A DNA stretch of 64,000 bases from a virus. Taxonomy: Duplodnaviria; Caudoviricetes. Shown one piece after another: positions 13,852 through 25,200 of the stretch. Position 1 is the first letter of the stretch; each line of letters opens with the position of its first letter. The position numbers and the translations under genes are program-made. The DNA lies in the IMG/VR virus record IMGVR_UViG_3300025924_000017, positions 96,001-160,000 of that record; one strand, 5' to 3'. The notes under the pieces are model-generated. The model was given only the letters and a program-made list of their open reading frames with translations, did no database searches and was not told the origin of the DNA.

Positions 13852-16800
13852 GTGGATCAGAATCTTTCAGTCAAGTTTGACTCTTCGCAGTCGCGCGCCG
13901 ATCTCGACGCGCTCTCGAAGTCGCTTGACAAGACTTCGACCGCCGCCGACCGCTTCGACAAGTCTGTCTCCAAGGCGACCACCAATGTCAACGCCAGCCT
14001 CACAAAGGCTGCGCAATCCATGGAGAAGTATGCGCAGGTCGCCGCGCTGCTCTCCAAGATCAAGACCGTTGGAAATCCGGCGGGACAGATCATCGAACTC
14101 GGCAAGGCGCTCGATGCGCTCGGCCGCGCGCGCGCGATGCCTGCGACGAAGGTCCAGTCGATCCGCGATCTGACACGCGCCCTCAACACCCTCGGTAGTT
14201 TGCGCGCTCCCAGCGTCGCCACCATCGACCGCTTCGAGCGTCTGCTTGGCGTGCTTTCCAGCGCCAAAGAGATGCCGGGTGCCGCGCGCATTGCTGCACA
14301 ACTTGACACGATCACCGCCTCGGCGACACGCGCCGCACACGCGCTCGCGGCAATGCCCGGCGGCGGTCGCAACCTTTTCTCCGCTGGCGGCGGACCCCGG
14401 GGCGGTGGTGGCCCCGGGGCTGGTTCCATTACGCGCATCGCGTCCGAAACTGAGAACGCCGCGCGGCGCTCGAAGGCAAGCTTCTCCATCATGGGCAGCG
14501 GCCTCGACAACCTGACGGGCCGGTTCCGCCTGAACTATCAGGCATACACCCTGTTCTCGACGATGTTCGCGTCGTTCACGATGGGCCAGTTCGTTCGCTC
14601 GCTCTACGACGCGAACATCCAACTCCTTAAGCTCCAGAAGGCACTCCTTTTCGCGACCGGTACGTTCTCCGGCGCCGAAGAAGCCACAAGTGCGTTCATC
14701 GGCATCTCTCAGAAGCTCGGCCTGTCGATCAAAGACAACATCGACACGTACGGCCGCTTCGTGATCTCGGCGACCGCATCCGGTCTGAAGATCAAGCAGA
14801 CCAACGACATCTATGAAGACCTCGCCACCGCGCTGACCGTCGTTGGTTCCAGCGCGCAGCAGCAGCAGCTTGCCTTCTACGGCCTGACCGAGATGATGCA
14901 GAAGGGCGTCGTCTACTCCAAGGAATTCAACCGCCAGATCGGCGCGCAGCTTCCCGGTAACGCCATCATCGGCGCGCAGGCGCTCAGCCGCCTCGAAGGT
15001 CACTTCGTGTCGGTGTCCGAGTTCTTCAAGCAGATGCACTCGGGCACGTTGCTTTCCGCCCAGTTCATCCCGGAATGGGCGAAGGCCGTGCGCGAAATGT
15101 ACGGCCCGTTGCTGGCGCTCGCTCAACAGCGTCCTGACGTGGCGATCCAGCGCCTCAAGAATTCGTTCTTCATCTTCGCGCGCGAAGTCGGCGGCGGCAA
15201 GTTCATGTCGTCCATCGGTAGCGAGATGAAGAAGCTGACCGACATGATCATCACAGGTGACGGCGCCAACGCCCACCTGACCAAGAGCTTCCAGCACTTG
15301 GCCGACACTCTCGGCCAAGGCCTCGGCACAGCGATCCACGGCCTCGGCATGGGTCTCGAATTCATCATCAAGAACTTCGACACGCTCTTCATGGTGATGA
15401 AGGGCTTCTTCGCGTTCAAGCTCGCCGAGTATTTCGTCTCGATCTCGAACAATGTGACGAAGGCAGCGGGGAGCATGTTCAAATTCTCGTCGGCCGCCCA
15501 GACCGCCGCAGCTTCGGAAGCTGCCGTGGCTTCGGAAGCGCGCGCCGTCGCGACTCAGACCGCTGTGGCATCGGTGGCGTCTCCGGCGGCGAATGAAGCC
15601 GCAGCGCTCAATGTTCTGAGCTTCGGCCGTCGTGCTCCGGCTTCGACGTTCCAGCAGGCTCGTCCGAACGCGCCGCGTGCGTTCGGCCTCAATTCCGTGA
15701 ACGACCTTCCGCTCTTCAACTGGGCGAACCAACAGGAAGCCGCCGCTGCGCGCCGCCGGACGTTTACGTCCTCTGGATCGAGCGTTTCGGGCGTGGCACT
15801 CCGTCAGCAACTCTTCCCTGCGGCTGCGGAGGCCGCCGGTCCCAGCCTCATTGGCCGTGTGGGCTCGGGCGCGCTCGCGGGCGTCTCGACCGTTCTGAGC
15901 AACCTTGGGCCTATTGCCATCACCGCCGCTACGGCGCTTGCGCTGGTCAGCGATAAGCTGGCGGGCATCGCGACCAACAAGGGCAATCAGGTGACGTATG
16001 GCGATGTCGCCAGCGGCGCGCTTAAGAGCGTCGGGGATTCCGTGGAAGGCTTGCTTGCGAGCCTCGGAAACACGTTCGGCATGTTCGGCGCGAACTCCCT
16101 CACGCTGGGCAAGACGATCCTTGGCCTCGCGGCTGTCATCAAAGCGACGTTCAGTCTGATCTTCGATCTCGCGCACGCTATCGGCACTGTCCTCGGAGTT
16201 GCCATCGGCGGCTTTATCGCGGAAGTGATTTCGTGGGGCAAGATCATCAACGATGTCATCCACGGCAACATCACCGGCGCAATGAAGGACTACGCCGCCG
16301 GTAAGCAGCAGCAGCACGGCCTTACGGGAGCACTGGTCAACGGCGTCAATAACGACATTGGCCGCATCTTCACCAGCGACAGCATCCCGGCGATCTACCG
16401 TCAGATGTTGGCGAACACGCAAGGCTTTGCCGACGAGCACGGCGGCAAGCATGTCGATGCGGCGTCGCAGAAGCAAATCGAAGCGGCTGTTCAGCAGCAG
16501 GCCGCAGCGCAGGCGAACATGCGCGCCGCTACGCTCATGGAAGATGCCATGGCGCAGTTCAACAAGGACTCCCAGAAGCTCGACTACGGCGATCTGCGCA
16601 AGCAAATCGTCTCACTGATCGACGGTACATACGCGCGCCAGACGTTGCCGCGTGGTTCGGTCGGCGGACCTCTGGGACCGCCCCCGGCTCTCCGTGGTGT
16701 CGTGGATAGTGGCGCGCCCGTCAGCTTCGCTCCGAGCGGCGCAGGCTCCGACAATTCCAACGTGATGGTTGGTACCGGCCGTGCGCTCTACATGACCGCT

Positions 16801-19428
16801 TACGGTCACCTCGGCGAAAACGAGTCCAGCGACAAGAACACACTCGAAGGTTTGTTCAAGGTCGGCGGCATCCACATCGATCCGCAGAAGGTCGCGTGGT
16901 GTGCGGCGTTCGTGAACGCGGTTCTCGCTTCAAACGGTGTCGCCACGACCGGCAAGCTCAACGCGTCGTCGTTCCAGAATTATGGTGAAGCCGTCAAGTC
17001 GCCGCATCAGGGTGACATTGTTGTCCTAAAGCCGCAGGTGGCGGGCGACACCGGTCACGTCGGCTTCTTCTCCGGCTTCAATGGCGACGGCTCCGTCAAC
17101 GTTCTTGGCGGTAATCAGAACGACAGCGTCTCGATCAAGAACTTCGCAGCCAATCAGGTTGTGGGTTATCGCCGACCGAACCAGATCGGCGTCGCAGGCT
17201 CGCAAGCGGCTTTGATGAATGCGCAAGGATCGCTCAGCGACCAAAGTCAGGATGAGACGGCGCCCGGCGGCATCGGTGCGCAGCCTACCGAGTCTGACGC
17301 CGACAAGATCGCGCGCATGCGCCTCATGGAATACAAGCAGATCGAGTCGTTCGCAGCAGGTGCGAGCCCGGCTGCGGGTGCGCTGGCGCAGGATCAAGAA
17401 CGCCTCTCGAACATCGCCAAAATCATTCAGGCCGAGCAGGACAACATCAAGAAGTTCGGTGGCGAGTACAAGACCGTGTTTGCCGGTACGCTGGGCGACC
17501 TTGATGCCGCCGAAGTGAAGTATCAGCGCGACCTTAAGGATGCCGTCGATCCTATCGGCAAGGTGAACCGTCTGGCGTCTCAGGCGAACGACATCACCGC
17601 GCTCCGCGTGAAGGGTCTGACTGACGAAGCGGATTGGCAGGAAAAGCTCAACGCTCTCATTGAGGAGGGCTACGACCGTCGCAAGGTCGATACCGCCGCC
17701 GCAAAGGCACAGTTCTTGGCGGAGAAAGATCGCACCGACACGTTGAAGGCGCAGATCGAACTCCAGAAGACCTTGAATGATGCGGAAGCTGCACGTTCTG
17801 CGCGCACTTCCAACAACGCGGTCGCCAACCTCGTCAATGCACAAATTCTTGCACACGCCCAGCCCGGTGAGACGCTGGCGCAGGCACGGGAGGCTCAGGC
17901 CAACCAGATTCCGTACTACACGCGGGGTGCACAGGCACAGTTCAATGAAAATCGCTCAGCCTCTATCCAAGGTCTGGGTGAGGAACTGGATGTTCTCGGT
18001 CAGGGCCAAGGTCTGAACCCGACGCAACGTGCCTATCAGGACAGCTACATCAAGGCCCTGCAAGGCATGACAGGCCTCAGCACGTCGTCACTGGCGCGCT
18101 TGAGCACCGCCGCGTCAGACGCCGACAAGAAAATCGCTGCGAGCTACGCGCAATTGAAGCAGGAGCTTGAGAACCCGCCGGGCTTCCAGCGCTGGGTTGA
18201 CAGCCTTGAGCCGATCTCCAAGCGCATGGAAGACATCAAGGCGAACTTTGCCGAGGGTCTTTCGAGCACGCTGACCGACATCGCGGTTGGCGATGCGAAG
18301 CCCGGCGCTGCGTTCAAGCAGCTTTTCGACGACATCCGCAAGCAGGTCGTCAAGGCGCAGATGGATAACGTGCTGGGTAGCCTGTTCAAGGGCCTCGGCC
18401 TCGCACAATCGCCGGAGCAGACGCAGGCGCAAGCGGCGACGACCTTCTCGTCCGCATCTGACACGTTCCAGACCTCGGTCTCGGTGTTCGCACAGAGCGT
18501 TGGCGCGCTCGGCGGCGCGGCAGGTGTTCCGACAGGAGCGCTCGCGGGCGCGACGTCGGGTATCGAACCCGTGAACGTGACACCGCAGACGATCCTCGGC
18601 TCTGGCCTTGGCTCCGGTACCAGCGACTCCGGGCTGGAGTCCGTGAACGTCACGCCGAACATCTTCGGTCAGTATTCGAACGGGCTCACAACGCCGCCGG
18701 TCGCGACGAACGACAACAACCAAGGCTTCTTCGGTAGCATCGGCTCGATGTTGGGTCTTTCGGGCAGCGGCAACCAGACCGGCGGTATCGGCAACTGGCT
18801 GCTGGGCGGCCTCGGTATCGCCGGTGGCCTTCTCGACAAGCTGTTTAGTCCGGCGGCGAAGCCGACGTACCACAATCCGAACGGCATCATCGGCACGATG
18901 TCCACGAACACGGTCAACGCCGTGCATCAGGATGGGCAGGCCAATATCCTCGGCTCGATCCTGAATCTGTTCGCACAATCGGCGATTGGCAAGAGCGGGC
19001 AGAGCGGCGGCTTCCTCAACAACCTGTTGAGCGGGACCGGCGGCGGCGCAGGCTCGACTTCATCCTCGATCCTGAGCTTCCTCTCAGGCATCTTCAAAGA
19101 GGGCGGTTATTCGACCCAGCCGGTCATGAGCCAAATGGTGAGCGCCCGCACGTTCCGCGACGCGCCGCACTTCTCCGAAGGCGGCATCACGAGCGGTATC
19201 CCGATCATCGCGCACCCGAACGAAGCCGTGATCCCGCTCAGCCGTGGCCGCAAGATTCCGGTCGAGATGAACGACAACATGGCGCCGTCCTTCAACGTGT
19301 CCTCGAACATCACCGTCATCGCCCCCGACCCCGATGCGTTCCGCAAGTCGCGCAACTCCATCCAGCGTCAGCAGAACCGCGACATGAAGCGGGCTGCGAC
19401 CCGGAACCTGATCACTTCGACCCGGTAA
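13852..19428 (+). CDS. tape measure protein with internal CHAP-like peptidase domain
   Basis: 1858 aa, Ala-rich helical, tape-measure motif region, WCAAFV...GHVGF...LGGNQ domain, C-terminal IIAHPNEAVIPL. Confidence 0.92.
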   Translation: MDQNLSVKFDSSQSRADLDALSKSLDKTSTAADRFDKSVSKATTNVNASLTKAAQSMEKYAQVAALLSKIKTVGNPAGQIIELGKALDALGRARAMPATKVQSIRDLTRALNTLGSLRAPSVATIDRFERLLGVLSSAKEMPGAARIAAQLDTITASATRAAHALAAMPGGGRNLFSAGGGPRGGGGPGAGSITRIASETENAARRSKASFSIMGSGLDNLTGRFRLNYQAYTLFSTMFASFTMGQFVRSLYDANIQLLKLQKALLFATGTFSGAEEATSAFIGISQKLGLSIKDNIDTYGRFVISATASGLKIKQTNDIYEDLATALTVVGSSAQQQQLAFYGLTEMMQKGVVYSKEFNRQIGAQLPGNAIIGAQALSRLEGHFVSVSEFFKQMHSGTLLSAQFIPEWAKAVREMYGPLLALAQQRPDVAIQRLKNSFFIFAREVGGGKFMSSIGSEMKKLTDMIITGDGANAHLTKSFQHLADTLGQGLGTAIHGLGMGLEFIIKNFDTLFMVMKGFFAFKLAEYFVSISNNVTKAAGSMFKFSSAAQTAAASEAAVASEARAVATQTAVASVASPAANEAAALNVLSFGRRAPASTFQQARPNAPRAFGLNSVNDLPLFNWANQQEAAAARRRTFTSSGSSVSGVALRQQLFPAAAEAAGPSLIGRVGSGALAGVSTVLSNLGPIAITAATALALVSDKLAGIATNKGNQVTYGDVASGALKSVGDSVEGLLASLGNTFGMFGANSLTLGKTILGLAAVIKATFSLIFDLAHAIGTVLGVAIGGFIAEVISWGKIINDVIHGNITGAMKDYAAGKQQQHGLTGALVNGVNNDIGRIFTSDSIPAIYRQMLANTQGFADEHGGKHVDAASQKQIEAAVQQQAAAQANMRAATLMEDAMAQFNKDSQKLDYGDLRKQIVSLIDGTYARQTLPRGSVGGPLGPPPALRGVVDSGAPVSFAPSGAGSDNSNVMVGTGRALYMTAYGHLGENESSDKNTLEGLFKVGGIHIDPQKVAWCAAFVNAVLASNGVATTGKLNASSFQNYGEAVKSPHQGDIVVLKPQVAGDTGHVGFFSGFNGDGSVNVLGGNQNDSVSIKNFAANQVVGYRRPNQIGVAGSQAALMNAQGSLSDQSQDETAPGGIGAQPTESDADKIARMRLMEYKQIESFAAGASPAAGALAQDQERLSNIAKIIQAEQDNIKKFGGEYKTVFAGTLGDLDAAEVKYQRDLKDAVDPIGKVNRLASQANDITALRVKGLTDEADWQEKLNALIEEGYDRRKVDTAAAKAQFLAEKDRTDTLKAQIELQKTLNDAEAARSARTSNNAVANLVNAQILAHAQPGETLAQAREAQANQIPYYTRGAQAQFNENRSASIQGLGEELDVLGQGQGLNPTQRAYQDSYIKALQGMTGLSTSSLARLSTAASDADKKIAASYAQLKQELENPPGFQRWVDSLEPISKRMEDIKANFAEGLSSTLTDIAVGDAKPGAAFKQLFDDIRKQVVKAQMDNVLGSLFKGLGLAQSPEQTQAQAATTFSSASDTFQTSVSVFAQSVGALGGAAGVPTGALAGATSGIEPVNVTPQTILGSGLGSGTSDSGLESVNVTPNIFGQYSNGLTTPPVATNDNNQGFFGSIGSMLGLSGSGNQTGGIGNWLLGGLGIAGGLLDKLFSPAAKPTYHNPNGIIGTMSTNTVNAVHQDGQANILGSILNLFAQSAIGKSGQSGGFLNNLLSGTGGGAGSTSSSILSFLSGIFKEGGYSTQPVMSQMVSARTFRDAPHFSEGGITSGIPIIAHPNEAVIPLSRGRKIPVEMNDNMAPSFNVSSNITVIAPDPDAFRKSRNSIQRQQNRDMKRAATRNLITSTR

Positions 19429-19463
19429 GTCAAGAATTACGACCAAATGTCGTAATTCTTGAC
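19429..19463. repeat. perfect 15-bp inverted repeat (terminator/operator-like)
   Basis: GTCAAGAATTACGAC-CAAAT-GTCGTAATTCTTGAC. Confidence 0.8.
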
Positions 19464-19587
19464 GATCTCGGGAATTCGTGAGATCACGGCTGCACCTCGG
19501 CTTCCGTGCGGTTCTGGCGCGCTGAAATCCCCTCATTTCCGACCTCATCCGTGAAAACCGCTAACCCGGGCTGAAAAACGATTCCCT

Positions 19588-20238
19588 ATGGCTGCCTTCC
19601 ACGAAATCTTGTTCCCGGTGGACATCTCGTACAATTCGAGTGGTGGTCCCCGCTTCAAGACCACAATCTTCACCGCTGACTCCGGCTACGAACAGCGCAA
19701 TATCGACTGGGCCAACCAGAAGGCCGAGTACGACGTTAGCCACGGCATCAAGAATCAGGAGCAGATGGATGCGCTGACGGCGTTCTTCTACGCCCGGCGA
19801 GCGCGCGCGTACGGTTTTCGCTATCTGGACTACAACGATTTCAACATCACAAGCCAGCAGATTGCGGTCGGTGACGGCGCGACCCTGTCCTTCCAGATCA
19901 TCAAAACTTACGTCTCGACGCAGGCGGAGTCAGGGGAGACCTACACCTACGGCCGCAAGCTGACGAAGATCGCGTGGAACACCATCGCGGGAGTCACGGT
20001 CAACGGCGTCGTGAAGACGTCGCCTACGGATTACACCGTCAACTACAATACCGGAGTCATCACGTTCGTTGTGGCACCGCCCACCGGTCAGTCCATCGTG
20101 ATCGGCGCCGGTCAGTTTCACGTTCCGGTCCGCTTCGACACCGATCATCTCGACGTCGTTCAGGAGTTCTGGAACACGTCGTCGTGGAACAGCATTCCGC
20201 TTGTTGAGGTGCGCGACTGGGGTGAGGCGCTCACCTAA
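19588..20238 (+). CDS. DUF2460-family distal tail protein (GTA-like)
   Basis: FHEILFP..ISYNSSGGP.F.T...SGYEQRN and FHVPVRFDTD motifs. Confidence 0.9.
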   Translation: MAAFHEILFPVDISYNSSGGPRFKTTIFTADSGYEQRNIDWANQKAEYDVSHGIKNQEQMDALTAFFYARRARAYGFRYLDYNDFNITSQQIAVGDGATLSFQIIKTYVSTQAESGETYTYGRKLTKIAWNTIAGVTVNGVVKTSPTDYTVNYNTGVITFVVAPPTGQSIVIGAGQFHVPVRFDTDHLDVVQEFWNTSSWNSIPLVEVRDWGEALT

Positions 20239-21858
20239 ATGAAGTCCATCAGCGACACCTTCAAAACCCATATTCAGGGTGAAGTCACCACTGTCTGCAC
20301 GTGCGTCAATATCATCCGCAGGGATGGCGCATCGTTCGGTCTGACCGATCACGATGATGTCGTGACGGTGAACGGTGTCCGCTATCTACCGTTCAACTCG
20401 TATGCGCGGTCGTCCGTTCAGACCACTTCCACGATGGAAGTGGACTCGATGGAAATCAACGGCATTTTGAACTCCGACGCTTTTGCGCGCACCGACATCG
20501 GCGGCGGTCTGTTCGATTTCGCTGAAGTGCACGTCTTCATCGTCAATTACAATGACCCCGACTCCGGTCAGTTGAATCTTCGCACCGGCTGGATCGGCGA
20601 GATCGAGCAGAACGAGGACAACTCTTTTCACGCGGAAATTCGAGGCCTTTCTCAGGTCTTCTCTTATCGCCTCGGCGAGCCTTACGCCCCCGAGTGCGCG
20701 GCCGACCTCGGCGACAACCGCTGCAAGATCGCCCTCGACCCGCCGTGGTGGAAGGCGCTTTGCCCGTTTCGCGCCGGTGACGTGGTCATTGGTCACATCA
20801 CGTCGGCCACCGATTATGTGAACGCCGATTCCAGCAACAACGACTTCTCGTCTCAGAGCGATGGCACTTCCGCGCGTCTCCCCGACGACTGGGTCACCTA
20901 CGGAAGCCCGGACGGCCAGTGGTTCTTCTCGTCCAGCTTTCACGGCCTGACATCGCCGCCCGGCGGTTCGTTGTTTGCCGCGATCACCGATCAGTTCGGC
21001 ACGAACGACACCGAATACCTCGGCATGTATCAGGACGTCGATCTTGTGGCATCCGGTCTTGTCACGGCCGACATCGACACCGGACTTTGCCGCATCGTCT
21101 TCAAGGGCTGGGTGGGCCTGAACGACTCTCAGGGGTTGGCCCAACTACGCCTCTTTGCGGTCGATGCGGGCGGCGTCCTGACGAACGTCTGGGACACCGG
21201 CATCCACGCGTATGCGCAGGACCGCTGGATCACGCTTTCCACCGACTCGACTCTGATCCCAGCAGGGACTCGGAAAATCCGCGTCGATTTCATGGGGAAG
21301 AAGCACGACCATCTCGGATATGGCGCCGCGTTTGGCGGCTACCAGATGGCGTTCAACGATCCTGACGGGACGTTCAATTCCGACGATCAGGCATCGGGCG
21401 TGATGTTTCAGGCCCAGAACGGCGGCGTCACCGGAGGTACGGAGCCAGCATTCTCGGCACTCCTTGGGGCCACCTACACGGACGGCACGATCACGTGGAA
21501 GTGCATCAAGTCGTTCAAGGATGTGACCACAGTTACGTCCCCGACATCCGGTCAGGCCTTCACAGCCACGCTCCCGCATCCCGATGGCTACTACGACGGC
21601 GGACTGCTGATCTGGGAAACGGGTTTGAACACCGGCCGCAACATGCAAGTGCGGACGTGGCTCTCGGGAACCGTCACGCTATTTGAGCGGACGTTCTTCG
21701 AGATCACCGCAGGTGACCGGTTCGTGATCCATCCGGGCTGCGACAAACGCCGCGAAACGTGCATCGGCACGTTCAACAATCTTCTCAACATTCGTGCCTT
21801 CCCCGATGTGCCGGGTCAGGACGCGTACATGCAAACACCGAACGCACCATCCAACTAA
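20239..21858 (+). CDS. baseplate hub/tail protein (DUF2163 + BR0599-type C-terminus) with large insert
   Basis: RRDG..FGLTDHD, ECAADLGD.RC, PGCDK...C...FNN..N.RAFPDVPG. Confidence 0.88.
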   Translation: MKSISDTFKTHIQGEVTTVCTCVNIIRRDGASFGLTDHDDVVTVNGVRYLPFNSYARSSVQTTSTMEVDSMEINGILNSDAFARTDIGGGLFDFAEVHVFIVNYNDPDSGQLNLRTGWIGEIEQNEDNSFHAEIRGLSQVFSYRLGEPYAPECAADLGDNRCKIALDPPWWKALCPFRAGDVVIGHITSATDYVNADSSNNDFSSQSDGTSARLPDDWVTYGSPDGQWFFSSSFHGLTSPPGGSLFAAITDQFGTNDTEYLGMYQDVDLVASGLVTADIDTGLCRIVFKGWVGLNDSQGLAQLRLFAVDAGGVLTNVWDTGIHAYAQDRWITLSTDSTLIPAGTRKIRVDFMGKKHDHLGYGAAFGGYQMAFNDPDGTFNSDDQASGVMFQAQNGGVTGGTEPAFSALLGATYTDGTITWKCIKSFKDVTTVTSPTSGQAFTATLPHPDGYYDGGLLIWETGLNTGRNMQVRTWLSGTVTLFERTFFEITAGDRFVIHPGCDKRRETCIGTFNNLLNIRAFPDVPGQDAYMQTPNAPSN

Positions 21859-21859
21859 A

Positions 21860-22285
21860 ATGAAACGTTCCGAAATCGTCGAAGAAGCACGCAAACACGT
21901 CGCTGCGAAAGCACGTTGGCGCAAGATGGGCCGCCGCCCGAACGGCATGGACTGTTATGGTCTGGTCGTTCTCGTGCGCGCCGCGTTTGGACTCAAATCA
22001 GAGGACTGGGAACGCTACACGAATTATCCGGATGCCGATCTCTTCATGGAACCCGGCAAGCGGATGTTCACGCAGGTTCACCCGCCGCTGAAAGACGGTC
22101 AACTGATCATCTTTCAGAACGGCAATCGGCCGTGCCATCTCGGCATCACTGCGACCGATCACTATGGACGCCGCTCGATCATCCATTGCGCTGCCAACAA
22201 CAAGTGGGCGCTCGAAGAAGCCTATGAGCCGACACTGAGCAAGCACTTCCGCGCGGTCTTCGATTTCCCCGGAGTTGAAGACTAA
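21860..22285 (+). CDS. NlpC/P60 tail-associated peptidase
   Basis: GMDCYGLV catalytic Cys, HLGI, IIH motifs; GTA-like synteny. Confidence 0.9.
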   Translation: MKRSEIVEEARKHVAAKARWRKMGRRPNGMDCYGLVVLVRAAFGLKSEDWERYTNYPDADLFMEPGKRMFTQVHPPLKDGQLIIFQNGNRPCHLGITATDHYGRRSIIHCAANNKWALEEAYEPTLSKHFRAVFDFPGVED

Positions 22286-25200
22286 TGATGGGTGATCCCT
22301 TCTCGATGCTGGCGATGTTCGCGATCTCAACGGTCGCGAGCGGCATCATTTCATATCTGTTCCCGGCCGAAGGTCCGCGTCTCAAGGACCTCAGCGTTTC
22401 GGCATCCACTTACGGTAACCCGGTTCCGGAAGTGTGGGGAACCGTGCGCGTTGGCGGCAACATGATCTGGTCCGGTGGCATCATCGAGAACAAGCACAAA
22501 GCCAAGGCCGGTATCGGTCAATACTACAATCAGTACACCTACACGGCGAACTTCGCGATGGCCTTCTGCAAAGGGCCTGTGCAATCGCTTCGCCGCATCT
22601 GGGCAAACGGCAAGTTGATCTACGACGCGACGGGAAATTCCCGAAACGTCAACAATGGCAAATATGCCATCACGTTCTATCAGGGCACAGAAGATCAGAT
22701 GCCCGATCCGATCATCGAGGCGAAGGTCGGAAGCACAAACACGCCCGCCTATCGCGGCACCTGCTATATTCTCTTCCGCGATTTTCTCCTGACCGATTTC
22801 GGTAACCAGATTCCGCAGATCGCGGCAGAAATTTATGCCGGTCCAGCGGCGGGTGTTCCTTCGACTCCGTGGACCGTCGATGGAACGGTGCCGTTCACCG
22901 ACATCGAAGACGCCAGCAGCGGTATGGCCGTCGATTATGTGCGTGGATTTTTCTACGTCGTGCGCGACGACAATGCACTTGTGCGCATGCGTCTCTCTGA
23001 TGGAGAGATCGACGGCTTTGGCTACCCCGTAAGCGCAATCGATAACGATTGGACTTCCGGTAAGGTCTTCACTGCGGTTGGTATCGCCTATGATGGTTCA
23101 GTCACTTGCCAGTTCGGCGGCCTGACCAACTACACGCAATTCGGGCAAGTCGATCCGATCACGTTTTCAACCCTGAACAACATGGGTAAAGCCGTACCGT
23201 TCGACACCCTGTTCCCGAGTTATCTCAAATTCCCGCTGTGCGCAGACGTCGTCATGGACGTTACCGGAACGTCGTATCTCGGTCTCGGCTCATTCGGAGA
23301 AGTTATTTACATCTGGGACTGGACAAAGCCGCTTGTTACCGACCCCGGCGGCACTACCTATCCGCCAATCGGCAATTACTACACGTCCAAATGCGCTTGC
23401 GCGGGAGCGGAAGCCAATCAGTTTTACGTGGCGGCATGTAACCACGAAGGAACGATCACTTCTACGTCGTTCACCGTCTATTTTATGAACAATGGCGCAC
23501 CTGTTCCGTTTGTGACGTTTGCCGATCCGGACATCGGCAGCGGCTCAACAGACTTCAGTATCAAAGCAGTCGCGTACGATGCGGCCACCAACAGCCTCAT
23601 CATGATGTACGCCTCCTCCCTGCACAATTACGTTTCGAAGTTTTCGCTCGATACGAATTCGGCTGTGTGGGTGACGAAAGTTCCGTGGCTCCCGACCCAT
23701 GGATGGCGCGGTCAGAACTTCAACGGCAATCAGATCGCATGGACTGCGAACGGCTCGCTCTGGCTCATCGATATGAACACCGGCTTGTTCATCAATCGCT
23801 CTCCGGATCAGGCCGCCTATACTGATAACAACTGGCTGAATCACTCCGACGTAGACTACAGTAACCCGGGCGAAAATGGCTACGTCATCCTCACGCTGCC
23901 CGCAATCGCAGGTGAGGGCCATCAGGTTTATGACGGAACGAGTGGCGCGCTTGTCGTACTGCGTGCAGGAACGAGCGGTGTCTCGCTTGTCATCAGCGCA
24001 AATGCCTACGGGAGTACGGCGGTCACGCTGGCCGACATCCTGACGTCACTTATGCTTTCCGCCGGACTCAGTTACGACCAATTCGACGTGTCGGCTGGCA
24101 TCTCTATTGCTGTGTCCGGTTACGGTTTTGCCGAACAGACTGATATCAAGGGCATCATCTCCCAGCTTCAGTCGATCTATCTCTTCGACTTCTTTGAGCG
24201 TGACGGAAAGCTTGTGCTCGTGATGCGCGGCGGTGACACGTCGGTCGAGACCATCAGCTACAAGGCTCTCGGCTCGCCCGGCGGCAGCAGCGCGGATACC
24301 TCCGATTTCTGGAAAGAGTCCAGACTTTCGGAAGCAGACATCCCGGCGTCGATGAGTTTGAAGTATCTGAATATCGATCAGGACTTCGAGGAGAACACCG
24401 CAACATCAAAGCGTATCCTTGCGCCGGTTCCGACTGTGTTTTCGCGCCAGCAGGACACTGTTGAGGCGAACCTCGTTCTCGACGCCACGGAAGCCAAGAA
24501 TCGCGTCAACGCGATGCTCTACACGACATGGGCAGAGCGCACCAAGCACGCCACGCGGCTGCCGTTGGCATACGCTTATCTCGAACCTTCCGATCTGATC
24601 ACGGTCAATCTCGCTGATGGCCGTTCGTATTTCGAGCGTATCGAGCGCACGGAAATGGGCGCGGATTACACGACCGAGGCGGATACGCTGGGGCAGGACT
24701 CCGGCACATACACTTTCAACCTCACGGGCGACGGCGGTAACGGGCAGGGTCAAACGCTTCAGCCCCCTTTGCCTGCACGCGCCTTCATCTTCAATACTCC
24801 GTACCTCCGCGACATCGACAACGTCGGCGATGGCAATTTCTCCATCTACTACACGGGTGTCGGCAATCTGGCCCCGAGTGGCTACAACGGTACGACCTTG
24901 TTCGTATCGCTGGACGCGAACAGCTATTCCATTTTGCAGGTATTCCCCCGCGATATGGAATGGGGAAGAGTCACGACCGCAACGCCCGATGCCGCCAACG
25001 GGTGCTACGCGCTCGATTGGAAGACGCAGATCATCATCTACCCGGCGATTACGTCTTTCGATCTTCAGTCCGTCACCGATGACGAACTCATGCTCGGCGC
25101 GAATATGTTCATTCTCGGTGACGAGGTGATGCAGTTCCGCGATGCGGTGCAAAACAGCGACGGCACGTGGACGATCTCGAATCTGCTGCGCGGCCGTCGT

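Noticed and set aside
18559-18662. Short repeat PVNVTP/SVNVTP in the tape measure
   Set aside because: Only two degenerate copies in a low-complexity region; ordinary for tape measures.
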